Positions 9,797 to 19,362 of a stretch of 64,000 nt of DNA are shown in pieces. Under the pieces are notes generated by a model that saw nothing but the letters and a program-made list of their open reading frames with translations, did not search any database and was not told the origin of the DNA. This DNA comes from Thermodesulfobacteriota bacterium (GTDB lineage: Bacteria; Desulfobacterota; Desulfobulbia; Desulfobulbales; JAGXFP01), in contig JBDLJC010000006.1 in NCBI GenBank assembly GCA_039714535.1, positions 18,925 through 82,924 on the forward strand, written 5' to 3'. Within the stretch, counting starts at the first letter, position 1. The number at the start of each line of letters is the position of its first letter. A program made the translations under genes and the position numbers.

Positions 9797-10956
9797 TACA
9801 GTTTGACAAAATATGTGAAACGACCCAAGGAGTACAGATACCTAGGTCTGAACAAATTGAAATCCCAGAGGATGGGTATAGCAGGTATTTATACATTGCT
9901 GATTTTTTGTCTGATGGATCATGTAAATACATAAAAAATAATTTCCCAAAAAAAATAGTATATGAAACAGACTTGGTAATGGCTAATACAGGAAGTCCTG
10001 GACGTGTTTTTCTAGGTAAATCTGGGATCTTAAGTAACAACCTTTTTAAAATATCTTTTGATAAAGAGCAGGCCGATAGAGATTATTTGTATAGAGTTTT
10101 AAGTAGCCCTCAATTCCAGGAACGACTACAAAGTCAAATGAAGCAGGGTATACAAAGGCACTTAGGACATAAAACTATTGCTCGTCAGACAATCCCCCTC
10201 CCGCCCTTACCAGTTCAGCAAAAGATCGCCGCCATCCTGGATGCGGCCGATGGACTCAAGCAAAAAGACCAAGCCCTGATCGCCAAATACGATGAACTCA
10301 GCCAAGCCCTGTTTTTGGATATGTTTGGTGATCCGGTTGCGAATTCGATGGGGTGGGAAAAGAAAACAGTAGCGGAAGTATTGCAGAGAAAAAGCCAGAA
10401 TGGATTGTATTTACCTAAGGATAAATATAAGGCTGATGGTATTGAAATGATTCACATGTCTGATGCTTTTTATGGAATCGTAAATGTTGGAAATCTAAAA
10501 AAAGTAGTTTTGGATGATAATGAATTGGAGAAATATCGACTTTCAGAAGATGATTTGTTGTTAGCAAGGAGATCTCTCACTTATGAGGGGGCAGCCAAGC
10601 CATGTCGCATCCCCAAATACAATAAGCCGCTAGTTTATGAGTCATCTTTAATCAGAATCACCCCGAATAAAAGTATGGTCACCACCCTTTATTTGTATTT
10701 TTTCTTTTCTAACGAGAAGGCGAAAAGTAAGTATGTTAACAAGTATATTTCATGTTCCACTATTTCAGGAATCAACAACAAGGGACTAAACTCAATTGAA
10801 ATACTTCTTCCCTCAATAACCCTCCAAAACCAATTCGCCGAACGAATAAAAGCCATCGAACAACAAAAACAACAGGCCCAGGCCAGTCTGCAAAAATCAG
10901 CAGACCTGTTCAACTGCCTTCTGCAAAAGGCATTCAAGGGTGAGCTGGTGACATGA
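9787..10956 (+). CDS. hsdS: Type I restriction-modification specificity subunit
   Basis: Two variable TRDs, each followed by a conserved helix (IPLPPLPVQQKIAAILD; ILLPSITLQNQFAERIKAIE), ending LLQKAFKGEL. Overlaps hsdM and hsdR. Confidence 0.93.
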   Translation: MEMIQFDKICETTQGVQIPRSEQIEIPEDGYSRYLYIADFLSDGSCKYIKNNFPKKIVYETDLVMANTGSPGRVFLGKSGILSNNLFKISFDKEQADRDYLYRVLSSPQFQERLQSQMKQGIQRHLGHKTIARQTIPLPPLPVQQKIAAILDAADGLKQKDQALIAKYDELSQALFLDMFGDPVANSMGWEKKTVAEVLQRKSQNGLYLPKDKYKADGIEMIHMSDAFYGIVNVGNLKKVVLDDNELEKYRLSEDDLLLARRSLTYEGAAKPCRIPKYNKPLVYESSLIRITPNKSMVTTLYLYFFFSNEKAKSKYVNKYISCSTISGINNKGLNSIEILLPSITLQNQFAERIKAIEQQKQQAQASLQKSADLFNCLLQKAFKGELVT

Positions 10957-13900
10957 GTAACTTCCAATTTCTCCAGGCAGGATGGCCGCAACTGTTTAAG
11001 GATGCGAGGGAGGCTGAGAAGCTGGCCCTTGTCTCGCCGAAGGCCTGTGCCATCCTCTGTCGGAGCGCCTTGGAAAACGCGGTTAACTGGCTCTACGATA
11101 ACGACTCTGATTTAGCGACCCCATACGACACCCGCCTCAGTTCTTTGATGCACCAGCAATGCTTTAAGGACATCCTCCAGCCCTCAATCTTCCGCGAGAT
11201 CAATGTGGTCCGGCTGGTGGGGAATAACGCGGCCCATGGCAAACGGGTCAACCGGAACGAAACCCTGATCTCGGTCAAGAACCTCTATCGATTCTTTACT
11301 TTCCTGGTGACGGTCTATTCCGAGTCACCGGTCCCGCAGATATCACCCTTTAATGAATCATCTATCCCGGACGGCAAGGAGGCAGATAAGAGCAGGCAGG
11401 AACTCCTGAAACTTGCCGAGAAGCTTGACCGGCAAAAAGAGCAGGCCCGGTCAGAACGGGAGCAACTTGCGGAACAGGCCAGCCAGATTAAGGAGCTTAA
11501 AGAGAAGCTGGCTGCCCAAAAACAGCAGGTAAAAGAGCGCAAGGATGCCAGAAAGAAAACCGTGGCTACCGAGCAGGCTATTCCCCTGCTCATCTCCGAA
11601 CAGGCAACCCGAAAACTCTATATAGATCTCTCCTTAAAGGAAAGCGGCTGGGATAATCTGCGGGAGGGGAGAGAGCTTGAGTATGAAGTCCGGGGGATGC
11701 CGAAAAGCACCAATCCATCGGGGTTGGGTTATGCTGATTATGTCTTGTGGGGTGATGACGGTCTGCCGCTGGCGGTAATTGAGGCCAAGAAGACCATGGT
11801 CGATGCCCATAAGGGCAGACACCAGGCCGAGCTCTATGCCGATTGCCTGGAGGAGATGCATGGCCAGCGGCCTTTGATCTTTTACACCAACGGTTTTGAC
11901 ACCTACCTCTGGGATGACCGGTTCTATACCGCCCGCGAGGTCCATGGTTATTACAGCAAGGACGAGCTACAGCTGAATATCGACCGGCGCCTCACCAGAC
12001 AGGACCTGCGTAATTTTATGGTCAATACCGAGATCGCCGGCAGACCCTATCAGCTGGAAGCGATCCAGCGGGTTGCGGAAAACCTCGTGACCACCGGCCC
12101 GGACGGTAAACTCAAGGGCAGCGCCAGGCAAAGTCTGCTGGTAATGGCAACCGGCAGTGGCAAGACCAGGGTGTCCGCCGCCATCGTTGATATGCTGACT
12201 AAATGCGACTGGGCAAAGAGAGTCCTTTTTCTGGCGGATCGAAATGCGCTGGTGACTCAGGCCAAGAACGCCTTTAGCGAGTTTCTGCCCCATCTCTCGG
12301 CCATCGACCTTACCAAGGAAAAAGAAGATCCCGGCACCAGGATCGTCTTTTCTACATACCCAACAATCATGAACAGGATTGACGGGGTAAAGAATAGCGA
12401 TACCCGTTTCTATGGCGCCGGGCATTTCGACCTGATCATAATTGATGAGGCGCACCGCTCGGTGTATCAGAAATATGGCGCCATCTTTGCTTATTTTGAC
12501 AGCCTGTTAATCGGGCTTACCGCAACTCCGAAAAAAGAGATAGACCGCAATACCTATGGTCTTTTCGGCATAGAGGATGATGACCCGACATTTGCCTATG
12601 AACTCGGCAGTGCGGTAAAAGACGGTTTTCTGGTGCCGCCCAAAGCGATCCTGGTGCCGATAAAATTTCAGCGTGAGGGGATTAAGTACAAAGACCTGTC
12701 TGAGGCGGAAAAGAAAGAGTATGAAGAAAAATTTGGTGACCCGACCAAGGAGGAAGCCCCGGACGAGATATCCAGCAGCGCCTTGAACAGTTGGCTGTTT
12801 AATACCGACACCGTTGACAAGGTGCTTGATCATCTGATGGGTAACGGCATTAAGGTGGAGGCCGGTGACAAGCTTGGCAAAACGATCATCTTTGCCAAGA
12901 ACCATAAACACGCGGTTTTTATCGAAGAGCGTTTCAATAAAAATTATCCTGAATACTCGGGCAAGTTTTTACGGGTGATCGACAACTACGAAACCAAGGC
13001 CCAGGACCTGCTTGAAAGGTTTACCGACCCATACAACGAAGTTGATCCGCAGATCGCCGTATCGGTAGATATGATGGACACCGGGGTTGATGCGCCAAGG
13101 GTGGTCAACCTGGTATTTTTTAAGCTGGTCAGAGCAACTTCCAAATTCTGGCAGATGATCGGCAGGGGCACCCGGCTTTGTCCGGATCTGTTTGCCCCCA
13201 ATGAAGATAAAAGCCATTTTCTGATCTTTGACTTCTGCCAGAACTTTGAGTTCTTCGACCAGAACCCGGACGGCATTGATGGTAATGCGATAAAAAGCCT
13301 CAGCCAGCAGATATTTGAGGCCAAGTTTGAAGTGGCCATGTTAATCAGGGACAAACAGGCGAAAAGGGAAGAGGAGGCAGAGCTGTCTCAGCAATATATC
13401 AATGAATTGCATGGTATCGTGGACGGGCTTGACCAGGACCGTTTCGTGGTCAAAAAAGAACTGCGCTATGTGACGGAATATAAACACCGGTCCAGGTGGG
13501 AGAACCTTTCCAAGGGTGATGTGCTGGATATCACGGCCCACCTCTCGCATCTGGTGATCCCCCGTAAAGATGATGACGAGTTAGCGAGAAGGTTCGATAT
13601 CCTGGTTTTAAATTGCCAGCTGGCCCTGTTGGCTGATCTGCAGACCGACAAGTACGTTAATAAGATCAGCAATATTGCCAAGGCGTTAGTTAAAAAGAAG
13701 AATATTCCAGCGGTTGGCCAACACATTGACTTGCTAAAAGAACTGCAAACCGCTCTTTTCTGGAAAGGGGTAAATGTCAATCGGTTGGAAGAAGTGAGGT
13801 CCGCCTTGCGGGAACTGGTTAAGTTTCTGGATAAGGATCAGCAAGTTGACGTGGTTACCCATTTTGAAGACGAACTTGATAAAAAGAAGATCGGCACCAG

Positions 13901-14402
13901 AGAAGTTGTGCCAATCTACCATACCTTAAAAAGCTATCGTGACCGGGTTGAGTCATATATCCGGAAAAACAGGAACCACCTGGTTATTCATAAATTGAAT
14001 ACCAACCTCCCCATAACCCAGATGGAGATTAATACGCTGGAGGGTATCCTCTTTGATGGCGATGAACGGGGCACCAAACAGGATTACCTGGCCGAATACG
14101 GCGATCAACCTCTGGGTAAGTTCATCAGGAGCATTGTCGGGCTGGATATTAAATCGGCCAATGAGGCCTTTGCTGATTTTCTCCAGGCGGGGAACTTGCG
14201 GGCCGACCAGATGACCTTTTTGAACAATATCATTACCTACCTGACCAAAAACGGAACCATCGATAAGGCCATGCTCTTTGAACCGCCGTTTACCCATATT
14301 AACGACCAGGGATTACTTGGTGTTTTCGATGATGCCCAGGCGACGAAGATTATTCAGATAATAGATAAGGTTAATAGGAATGCGATGGTAGTGGGTGGGT
14401 AG
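10953..14402 (+). CDS. hsdR: Type I restriction enzyme R subunit (EcoAI/EcoEI-like)
   Basis: Nuclease motif ADYVLW...VIEAKK, MATGSGKT, IIIDEAHRS, GLTATP, QMIGRGTR; C-terminal region resembles EcoEI_R_C. Confidence 0.95.
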   Translation: MSNFQFLQAGWPQLFKDAREAEKLALVSPKACAILCRSALENAVNWLYDNDSDLATPYDTRLSSLMHQQCFKDILQPSIFREINVVRLVGNNAAHGKRVNRNETLISVKNLYRFFTFLVTVYSESPVPQISPFNESSIPDGKEADKSRQELLKLAEKLDRQKEQARSEREQLAEQASQIKELKEKLAAQKQQVKERKDARKKTVATEQAIPLLISEQATRKLYIDLSLKESGWDNLREGRELEYEVRGMPKSTNPSGLGYADYVLWGDDGLPLAVIEAKKTMVDAHKGRHQAELYADCLEEMHGQRPLIFYTNGFDTYLWDDRFYTAREVHGYYSKDELQLNIDRRLTRQDLRNFMVNTEIAGRPYQLEAIQRVAENLVTTGPDGKLKGSARQSLLVMATGSGKTRVSAAIVDMLTKCDWAKRVLFLADRNALVTQAKNAFSEFLPHLSAIDLTKEKEDPGTRIVFSTYPTIMNRIDGVKNSDTRFYGAGHFDLIIIDEAHRSVYQKYGAIFAYFDSLLIGLTATPKKEIDRNTYGLFGIEDDDPTFAYELGSAVKDGFLVPPKAILVPIKFQREGIKYKDLSEAEKKEYEEKFGDPTKEEAPDEISSSALNSWLFNTDTVDKVLDHLMGNGIKVEAGDKLGKTIIFAKNHKHAVFIEERFNKNYPEYSGKFLRVIDNYETKAQDLLERFTDPYNEVDPQIAVSVDMMDTGVDAPRVVNLVFFKLVRATSKFWQMIGRGTRLCPDLFAPNEDKSHFLIFDFCQNFEFFDQNPDGIDGNAIKSLSQQIFEAKFEVAMLIRDKQAKREEEAELSQQYINELHGIVDGLDQDRFVVKKELRYVTEYKHRSRWENLSKGDVLDITAHLSHLVIPRKDDDELARRFDILVLNCQLALLADLQTDKYVNKISNIAKALVKKKNIPAVGQHIDLLKELQTALFWKGVNVNRLEEVRSALRELVKFLDKDQQVDVVTHFEDELDKKKIGTREVVPIYHTLKSYRDRVESYIRKNRNHLVIHKLNTNLPITQMEINTLEGILFDGDERGTKQDYLAEYGDQPLGKFIRSIVGLDIKSANEAFADFLQAGNLRADQMTFLNNIITYLTKNGTIDKAMLFEPPFTHINDQGLLGVFDDAQATKIIQIIDKVNRNAMVVGG

Positions 14403-14582
14403 GGTGAAGATATCTCTCTAACATTTGGCTGGTCTGATAATTTAACCTTTCATTCCAACATCATAAAAAAATAAGTCGCCACCGAAACTGCTGTTTACTA
14501 CTATTGTGCATCTTCCAGGTTCCAATTTTAATCAAATTAAAATTGACTTGTGACTGATTTAAACTGATTTTTTGTACAAAGG

Positions 14583-15023
14583 TTAATCGTGGAAAGTCAG
14601 TCGGTTGAAGCCACCCTTCTCGTACCATGGGCGGTCGGCATCGATCCCATTAATTTCAATCAGCATTACTTCGAGGATCAGGTAAACCTTGGTGCCTTTT
14701 CGAACACAGGCAGTGGTGGTTTGACCGTGGTGGCCGAGGGCGGCATGTAAATGAATCTTAGGTTCATCGCCATCCCAGAAAATGGAGCCAGCGCCAAGGG
14801 TCTCTCTGGCGCCATCCACTGAATCCCAGACCGGTTCCGGCGGCATCACCGGTTCTTTGGGGCCGGTAACGAATTCGGCCTGGCGCAGACCGCCTATGAC
14901 CTGAAACCAACCCTGACGGATGTTTTCTTTGCGGATAATTCCCAGAAGTTCTTCGAGAAAATCATCCCCTTCATCAAAGCGGATTGAAAAAACCCGCCCG
15001 GTTGTGCCCTGGCGATAGTCCAT
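14583..15023 (-). CDS. PPC/DUF296 domain protein
   Basis: GRVFSIRFDEGDD, IGGL, IHLHAALG, LEVML pattern. Confidence 0.82.
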   Translation of the reverse strand: MDYRQGTTGRVFSIRFDEGDDFLEELLGIIRKENIRQGWFQVIGGLRQAEFVTGPKEPVMPPEPVWDSVDGARETLGAGSIFWDGDEPKIHLHAALGHHGQTTTACVRKGTKVYLILEVMLIEINGIDADRPWYEKGGFNRLTFHD

Positions 15024-15028
15024 AGCTG

Positions 15029-15580
15029 TTATTTGTCTCTAATGGTGGTGAATTTTAGTTTTTCTGCGGCCGCCTTTAAGGCCCGAAATATCTCCCTTGA
15101 TTGGCCGACTTTGCGGGTGGCGGCAAAATTTTCCGCTGGTTTGGCCAGGTCTTCTATGTTCAGGGCCGGGAACATCTCGATAGCTTTTTTGAGGGGAGGG
15201 GCCTTACGATCCATAAAGAAATAACCTTCGTAGTCATCGCGATCATTATACTCGTCGAGGGCGGCAGCAATTATGTCGTTTTTCAGTCTTTCCAACTCCT
15301 TGTGGGCAATGTTGGTTTTCAGATGTGAGCCCCGGCGTTCTTCAAGGAAGTTAAGTAGTTCGTCTATCGACTGTTTGCGCAATTCTTTAGCGATGTATTT
15401 GATCTGCCGTTTACGGGAGCCTGCTTTAAGTTTCCTGACCGCCTTGATCTCTTGCCGAAGGAAGTCGTCGCAGGGTAGTTTGAGCAGTTCGGCCGGCGAT
15501 AATTCCGCCAGTTCTTTACTGAGTGTTTCTATCTCTTTGGCCTGGCGTTTTTTTTCAGTACGGCTGACGGTGTAGTCCAT
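15029..15580 (-). CDS. yjgA: Ribosome-associated protein YjgA/DarP (DUF615)
   Basis: SRTEKKRQAKEI...ELAEL, RKRQIKYIAKELR. Confidence 0.8.
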   Translation of the reverse strand: MDYTVSRTEKKRQAKEIETLSKELAELSPAELLKLPCDDFLRQEIKAVRKLKAGSRKRQIKYIAKELRKQSIDELLNFLEERRGSHLKTNIAHKELERLKNDIIAAALDEYNDRDDYEGYFFMDRKAPPLKKAIEMFPALNIEDLAKPAENFAATRKVGQSREIFRALKAAAEKLKFTTIRDK

Positions 15581-15708
15581 TGTTCCCTTGCTGCAATCGT
15601 GGTTTGCCTTTTTTTGTTGCCTTTCAGTGACGGGCTAAAGTAATATCTCTTAGCCTTTGAGACTAGCATTTAACCATCTTATTCCAATAATAGATAAGGA
15701 ATTTTATC

Positions 15709-16881
15709 ATGAGCCATAAAACTTTTACCATCACCCAGCCCACCCGATTGACCTTCGGCGCCGGTACCATTGGGGGGCTTGCCGATCTGGTCAAAGAAGA
15801 GGGCGGCACCAAGGCTTTTCTGGTAGTTGATCCTGGTCTCAAGAAGGCGGGGCTGTTGAAAAAGGTTACCGCCCCGCTCAAGAAAGCAAAAATGGACTTT
15901 GAGGTCTATGATAAAATTGATCCCGAGCCGGGTCTGAAGCTTGCCGATGGTGGCTGCAAACTGGCGGCCAAGAGCGGTTGTGACTGTGTTATTGGCGTAG
16001 GCGGTGGTTCGGCCATGGATGTGGCCAAGGCAGTGAGCATTCTGCTGACCAACGGCGGCAAGGCTGAGGATTATCTCGGGTTGGGTAAAATCACCAAGCC
16101 CGGGGTGCCGAAGATTATGGTGCCAACCACGGGTGGTACTGGCGCTGAGGTGACTTTCACCGCAGTTTTCATTAATGAGAAAACCGGTTCCAAGGGCGGG
16201 ATGAACGGTGATCCGCTCTACCCGGATGCAGCCCTTCTTGATCCGGAGCTGACCGTTTCCGTACCGCCGCATATAACCGCGGCAACCGGTATCGACGCCT
16301 TTACCCATGCCATCGAAGGATATGTCTCAACCCAGTCCCATGCCATCTCTGATATGTATGCCCTGGAAGCCATCGAGATGATCAGTCGTAATCTGCCAAG
16401 GGCCTATGGTAATGGCGATAATATCGAGGCCCGTTCTGCTATGTTGATGGGGAGTTTGCTGGCCGGTAAGGCCTTGGCCACGGCCGGGGTTGGTCTGGTC
16501 CATGCCATGGCCTACCCGCTTGGGGGCATGTTCGGTATCCCCCATGGTCTGGCTAACGCAGTCCTGTTGCCGTATGTCGTCGAGTATAACCTGATCGGCA
16601 ACCCCGGCAAGTATGCGGCGGTGGCTGAGGTCATGGGCTATGACACCACTGATATGCCGTTACGCGATGCTGCGGCGCAAGTGGTTGAGGCTATTTTTAA
16701 TTTGAATAACGATGTGGGGATTCCTTCAAGTCTGGCCGACCTTGATATCCCGATTGAGAAAGTTCCTGAGATGGCAGACATCGCCTTGACCGTTGCCGTC
16801 CCGATTGCGAATAACCCACGCAAACCGACCCGAGACGAGGTAATTCAGGTTTATCATAATGCCCTGATCGGCTGGGAGTAA
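15709..16881 (+). CDS. Iron-containing alcohol dehydrogenase; candidate KdnB-like Kdo 8-oxidase
   Basis: GGGSAMDVAK, PTTGGTGAEVT, DAFTHAIE, GLVHAMAYPLG, HGLAN. Lies directly upstream of a KdnA-like aminotransferase. Confidence 0.85.
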   Translation: MSHKTFTITQPTRLTFGAGTIGGLADLVKEEGGTKAFLVVDPGLKKAGLLKKVTAPLKKAKMDFEVYDKIDPEPGLKLADGGCKLAAKSGCDCVIGVGGGSAMDVAKAVSILLTNGGKAEDYLGLGKITKPGVPKIMVPTTGGTGAEVTFTAVFINEKTGSKGGMNGDPLYPDAALLDPELTVSVPPHITAATGIDAFTHAIEGYVSTQSHAISDMYALEAIEMISRNLPRAYGNGDNIEARSAMLMGSLLAGKALATAGVGLVHAMAYPLGGMFGIPHGLANAVLLPYVVEYNLIGNPGKYAAVAEVMGYDTTDMPLRDAAAQVVEAIFNLNNDVGIPSSLADLDIPIEKVPEMADIALTVAVPIANNPRKPTRDEVIQVYHNALIGWE

Positions 16882-16889
16882 TATTCGAA

Positions 16890-17012
16890 TCCGGCTGACG
16901 ATCCCGGCCAATTGCGGCGTTGGCTGCCGGGATTCCATGCTCGACGTACAGTTGTACGCCTGTGCTGAAATCCCTTTGCCGCCTTGCCCTTGACCGGGCT
17001 TGTTAGCCTCAG
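16890..17012. repeat. About 120 nt long imperfect palindromic intergenic element
   Basis: Nested arms GGCTGAC/GTTAGCC, CCCGG/CCGGG, GGGATT/AATCCC, central GACGTAC-AGTT-GTACGCC. Confidence 0.6.
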
Positions 17013-17135
17013 TTTTTAGTAATAAAAAAGTTTTGTCTTAAATGATGGATTGAGTGGGCTTGTTGCAACGCTGCGCTGGTAATGATCAGATAATCACTCC
17101 CTGTTGATTGTAGAACATAATAAAAGGAGGCTGAA

Positions 17136-18338
17136 ATGCCCGGTTTTGAAGTTTTCGGTGAGGAAGAAAAGAAAGAGATCATGGAAGTTCTGGATACCGG
17201 GGTGCTTTTTCGCTATGAGTTTCCGGAACAGCGCAAGGGTATCTACAAGGTAAAAACCTTCGAGGAGAAGTTCGCTGCCTATTGCGGGGCCAAATATGGC
17301 CAGGCTGTGACCTCAGGCACCGTCGCCCTCAAAGTGGCTTTGGCGGTTCTGGGCGTGGGGCCCGGTGACGAGGTCATCACCCAGGGCTTTACCTTTGTGG
17401 CAACCTGGGAAGCCATTCTCGATATCGGTGCGATACCGGTCTTCACCGAGGTTGATGAGACCCTGAACATGGATCCGACCGATCTGGCGAAGAAGATCAC
17501 CGATAAGACCAAGGCGATTATTCCGGTCCATATGATGGGTGCTGCGGCTCGGATTGAGGAAATAGTCGCCATTGCTGATAAGCACGGGATTCCCGTAATC
17601 GAGGATACTGCCCAGGCGGCCGGGGGCAAATTGAACGGCAAGGGCTTGGGTTCCTTCGGCACCCTTGGTACCTTCTCCTTTGATGCGGTTAAAACTATGA
17701 CCACCGGGGAGGGTGGCATGGTAATCACCGATGATGAAGAACTCTGGCGGAAAATGAGCGAATATCACGACCATGGCCATGATCATGTTCAGAATCCCGG
17801 CGGCCGTGGCGGTGAGGGGCGCAGTTTTATCGGCTTCAATTACCGGATGATGGAGCTGCAGGGCGCCATAGGTCTGGCGCAGCTGGCCAAGCTCGACCAG
17901 ATGATCTCCACCCAGAAAGAACATAAGGCCAGGCTGAAAGAGGCGGCGGCCAAGATCCCAGGGGTGACCTTTCGGACCCAGCTGGATGAATCCGGTGATA
18001 ATGCAACCTTCTTTGCCTTCCTGTTGCCCGATGCGGCCAAGGCCCAGGCGGTAAATGAGGTCTTGAAAGCCGAAGGGTGCGGGGCCATCTATTTTGCCGA
18101 TAATACCTGGCATTATTATCCCAAGTGGGAACATCTGCTGGCTGGTTCCACACTGGCGGAGTCGGGCTGGCCCTTTGTCAGCCACGGTAAACGGCGGGTT
18201 GTTTACGATCAGGACGTTTTGCCGGCCTCGGCTGAGATTATGGGCCGCTGTCTGGTCTTTCAGGTGCTGATCAAATTGACCGAGGAGAGGGTGCAACAGA
18301 TCTGTGCCGCTCTGGAGAAGGCGGCAACAGTGGTTTAA
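17136..18338 (+). CDS. kdnA: DegT/DnrJ-family PLP aminotransferase, KdnA-like (8-amino-Kdo transaminase)
   Basis: SGTVAL, EDTAQA, FSFDAVKTMTTGEGG (PLP Lys). MPGFEVFG N-terminus, DHGHDH and NTWHY match my recollection of Shewanella KdnA; kdsB is nearby. Confidence 0.7.
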   Translation: MPGFEVFGEEEKKEIMEVLDTGVLFRYEFPEQRKGIYKVKTFEEKFAAYCGAKYGQAVTSGTVALKVALAVLGVGPGDEVITQGFTFVATWEAILDIGAIPVFTEVDETLNMDPTDLAKKITDKTKAIIPVHMMGAAARIEEIVAIADKHGIPVIEDTAQAAGGKLNGKGLGSFGTLGTFSFDAVKTMTTGEGGMVITDDEELWRKMSEYHDHGHDHVQNPGGRGGEGRSFIGFNYRMMELQGAIGLAQLAKLDQMISTQKEHKARLKEAAAKIPGVTFRTQLDESGDNATFFAFLLPDAAKAQAVNEVLKAEGCGAIYFADNTWHYYPKWEHLLAGSTLAESGWPFVSHGKRRVVYDQDVLPASAEIMGRCLVFQVLIKLTEERVQQICAALEKAATVV

Positions 18339-18367
18339 CCACAAAGTCATATAGTTGATTGTGTTGG

Positions 18368-18395
18368 AAGGAGCGCCTGTTTAGGCGCTCCTTTT
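18368..18395. terminator. Terminator between convergent kdnA and rsmJ
   Basis: AAGGAGCGCCT-GTTT-AGGCGCTCCTTTT perfect 11 bp stem. Confidence 0.85.
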
Positions 18396-18413
18396 GGTAT
18401 TCTTGAAGAGAGG

Positions 18414-19196
18414 TTACGTAGTTTTTATTAGGTAAACATCGAAACGGTTGTTCTTGGTTTTGAAGACCAGATCCGGTTTCGGCCCGTTTAGGGGTGGGGC
18501 GTAGGCCGGCCGTTTGACCACCACCCGCTTGCTTGCCACCTTGAGGGCGCCAGTCAGCAGGAGGTCACTGTCTTCATCATCGCCAACCAAGCTTCTTAAA
18601 ATCCGCATCTCTTTTTTGACCAGGGCACTCTTGCTGCGGTGGGGATACATTGGATCCAGGTAGACCACTTCCGGACGGCGATGGGGTTGAGCCTTTGCCA
18701 TCTCCAGCAAACTGTCGCCTCTCCGCAAAGACATCCGCTCCCTTACTATTGTTCCTATCTCGGGATCATCGGCGGCTCGCCCCAGGCCGTCCGCCAGAAG
18801 GGCGGCTATCACGGGATTGCGCTCCATCATCTCGACCCTGCAGCCTTGACAGGCCAAGATAAAACTGTCCTGGCCGAGGCCGGCGGTGCCATCCAGAATA
18901 CTTGGCAAATTTTCACCTTTGATTCCGATTGCCCGGACCAGGGTCTGTTTGCGGCCTCCTCCCCGTCTGCGTCGGTAGTCGGTCTTGCCGCTGGTGAAAT
19001 CAATCCAGACCGGGCCTGGCGCTTTGGGGCCAATCTGCCGGAGCTCTAACCTGTCTCTGGTAACCATCAATAACAAAGAGTGGTTGGTTGTGTCCGGCTC
19101 GGTGAGAGGGATTTGCAGCTGCTTGGCCAGTACCACTGCTTTTTGGCGCTGTTCCGGGGTTTCAGCAGCTACGGCTATATTGTTTGATATCGCCAC
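18414..19196 (-). CDS. rsmJ: 16S rRNA m2G1516 methyltransferase
   Basis: DGTAGLGQDSF, MERNP, VVYLDPMYP, RVVVKRP, RFDVY. Confidence 0.88.
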   Translation of the reverse strand: MAISNNIAVAAETPEQRQKAVVLAKQLQIPLTEPDTTNHSLLLMVTRDRLELRQIGPKAPGPVWIDFTSGKTDYRRRRGGGRKQTLVRAIGIKGENLPSILDGTAGLGQDSFILACQGCRVEMMERNPVIAALLADGLGRAADDPEIGTIVRERMSLRRGDSLLEMAKAQPHRRPEVVYLDPMYPHRSKSALVKKEMRILRSLVGDDEDSDLLLTGALKVASKRVVVKRPAYAPPLNGPKPDLVFKTKNNRFDVYLIKTT

Positions 19197-19362
19197 GGTA
19201 ATGTTTAAATCCGCTGGTTATGGTTGCCCGGTAATGTTAGTCTGGACAGTTACGTGCTTTGTGGAGTAAAAAGCATTTCTGGTTCTTCGTCTGCAACGTT
19301 GAACAGACTCTATTAAGGAGCTTCTGGCATTTCGAATTAAATTTATATCGAGAGATATTAAC

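Noticed and set aside
17313-18350. 345 aa antisense ORF opposite kdnA
   Set aside because: Shadow ORF with no recognisable domain.
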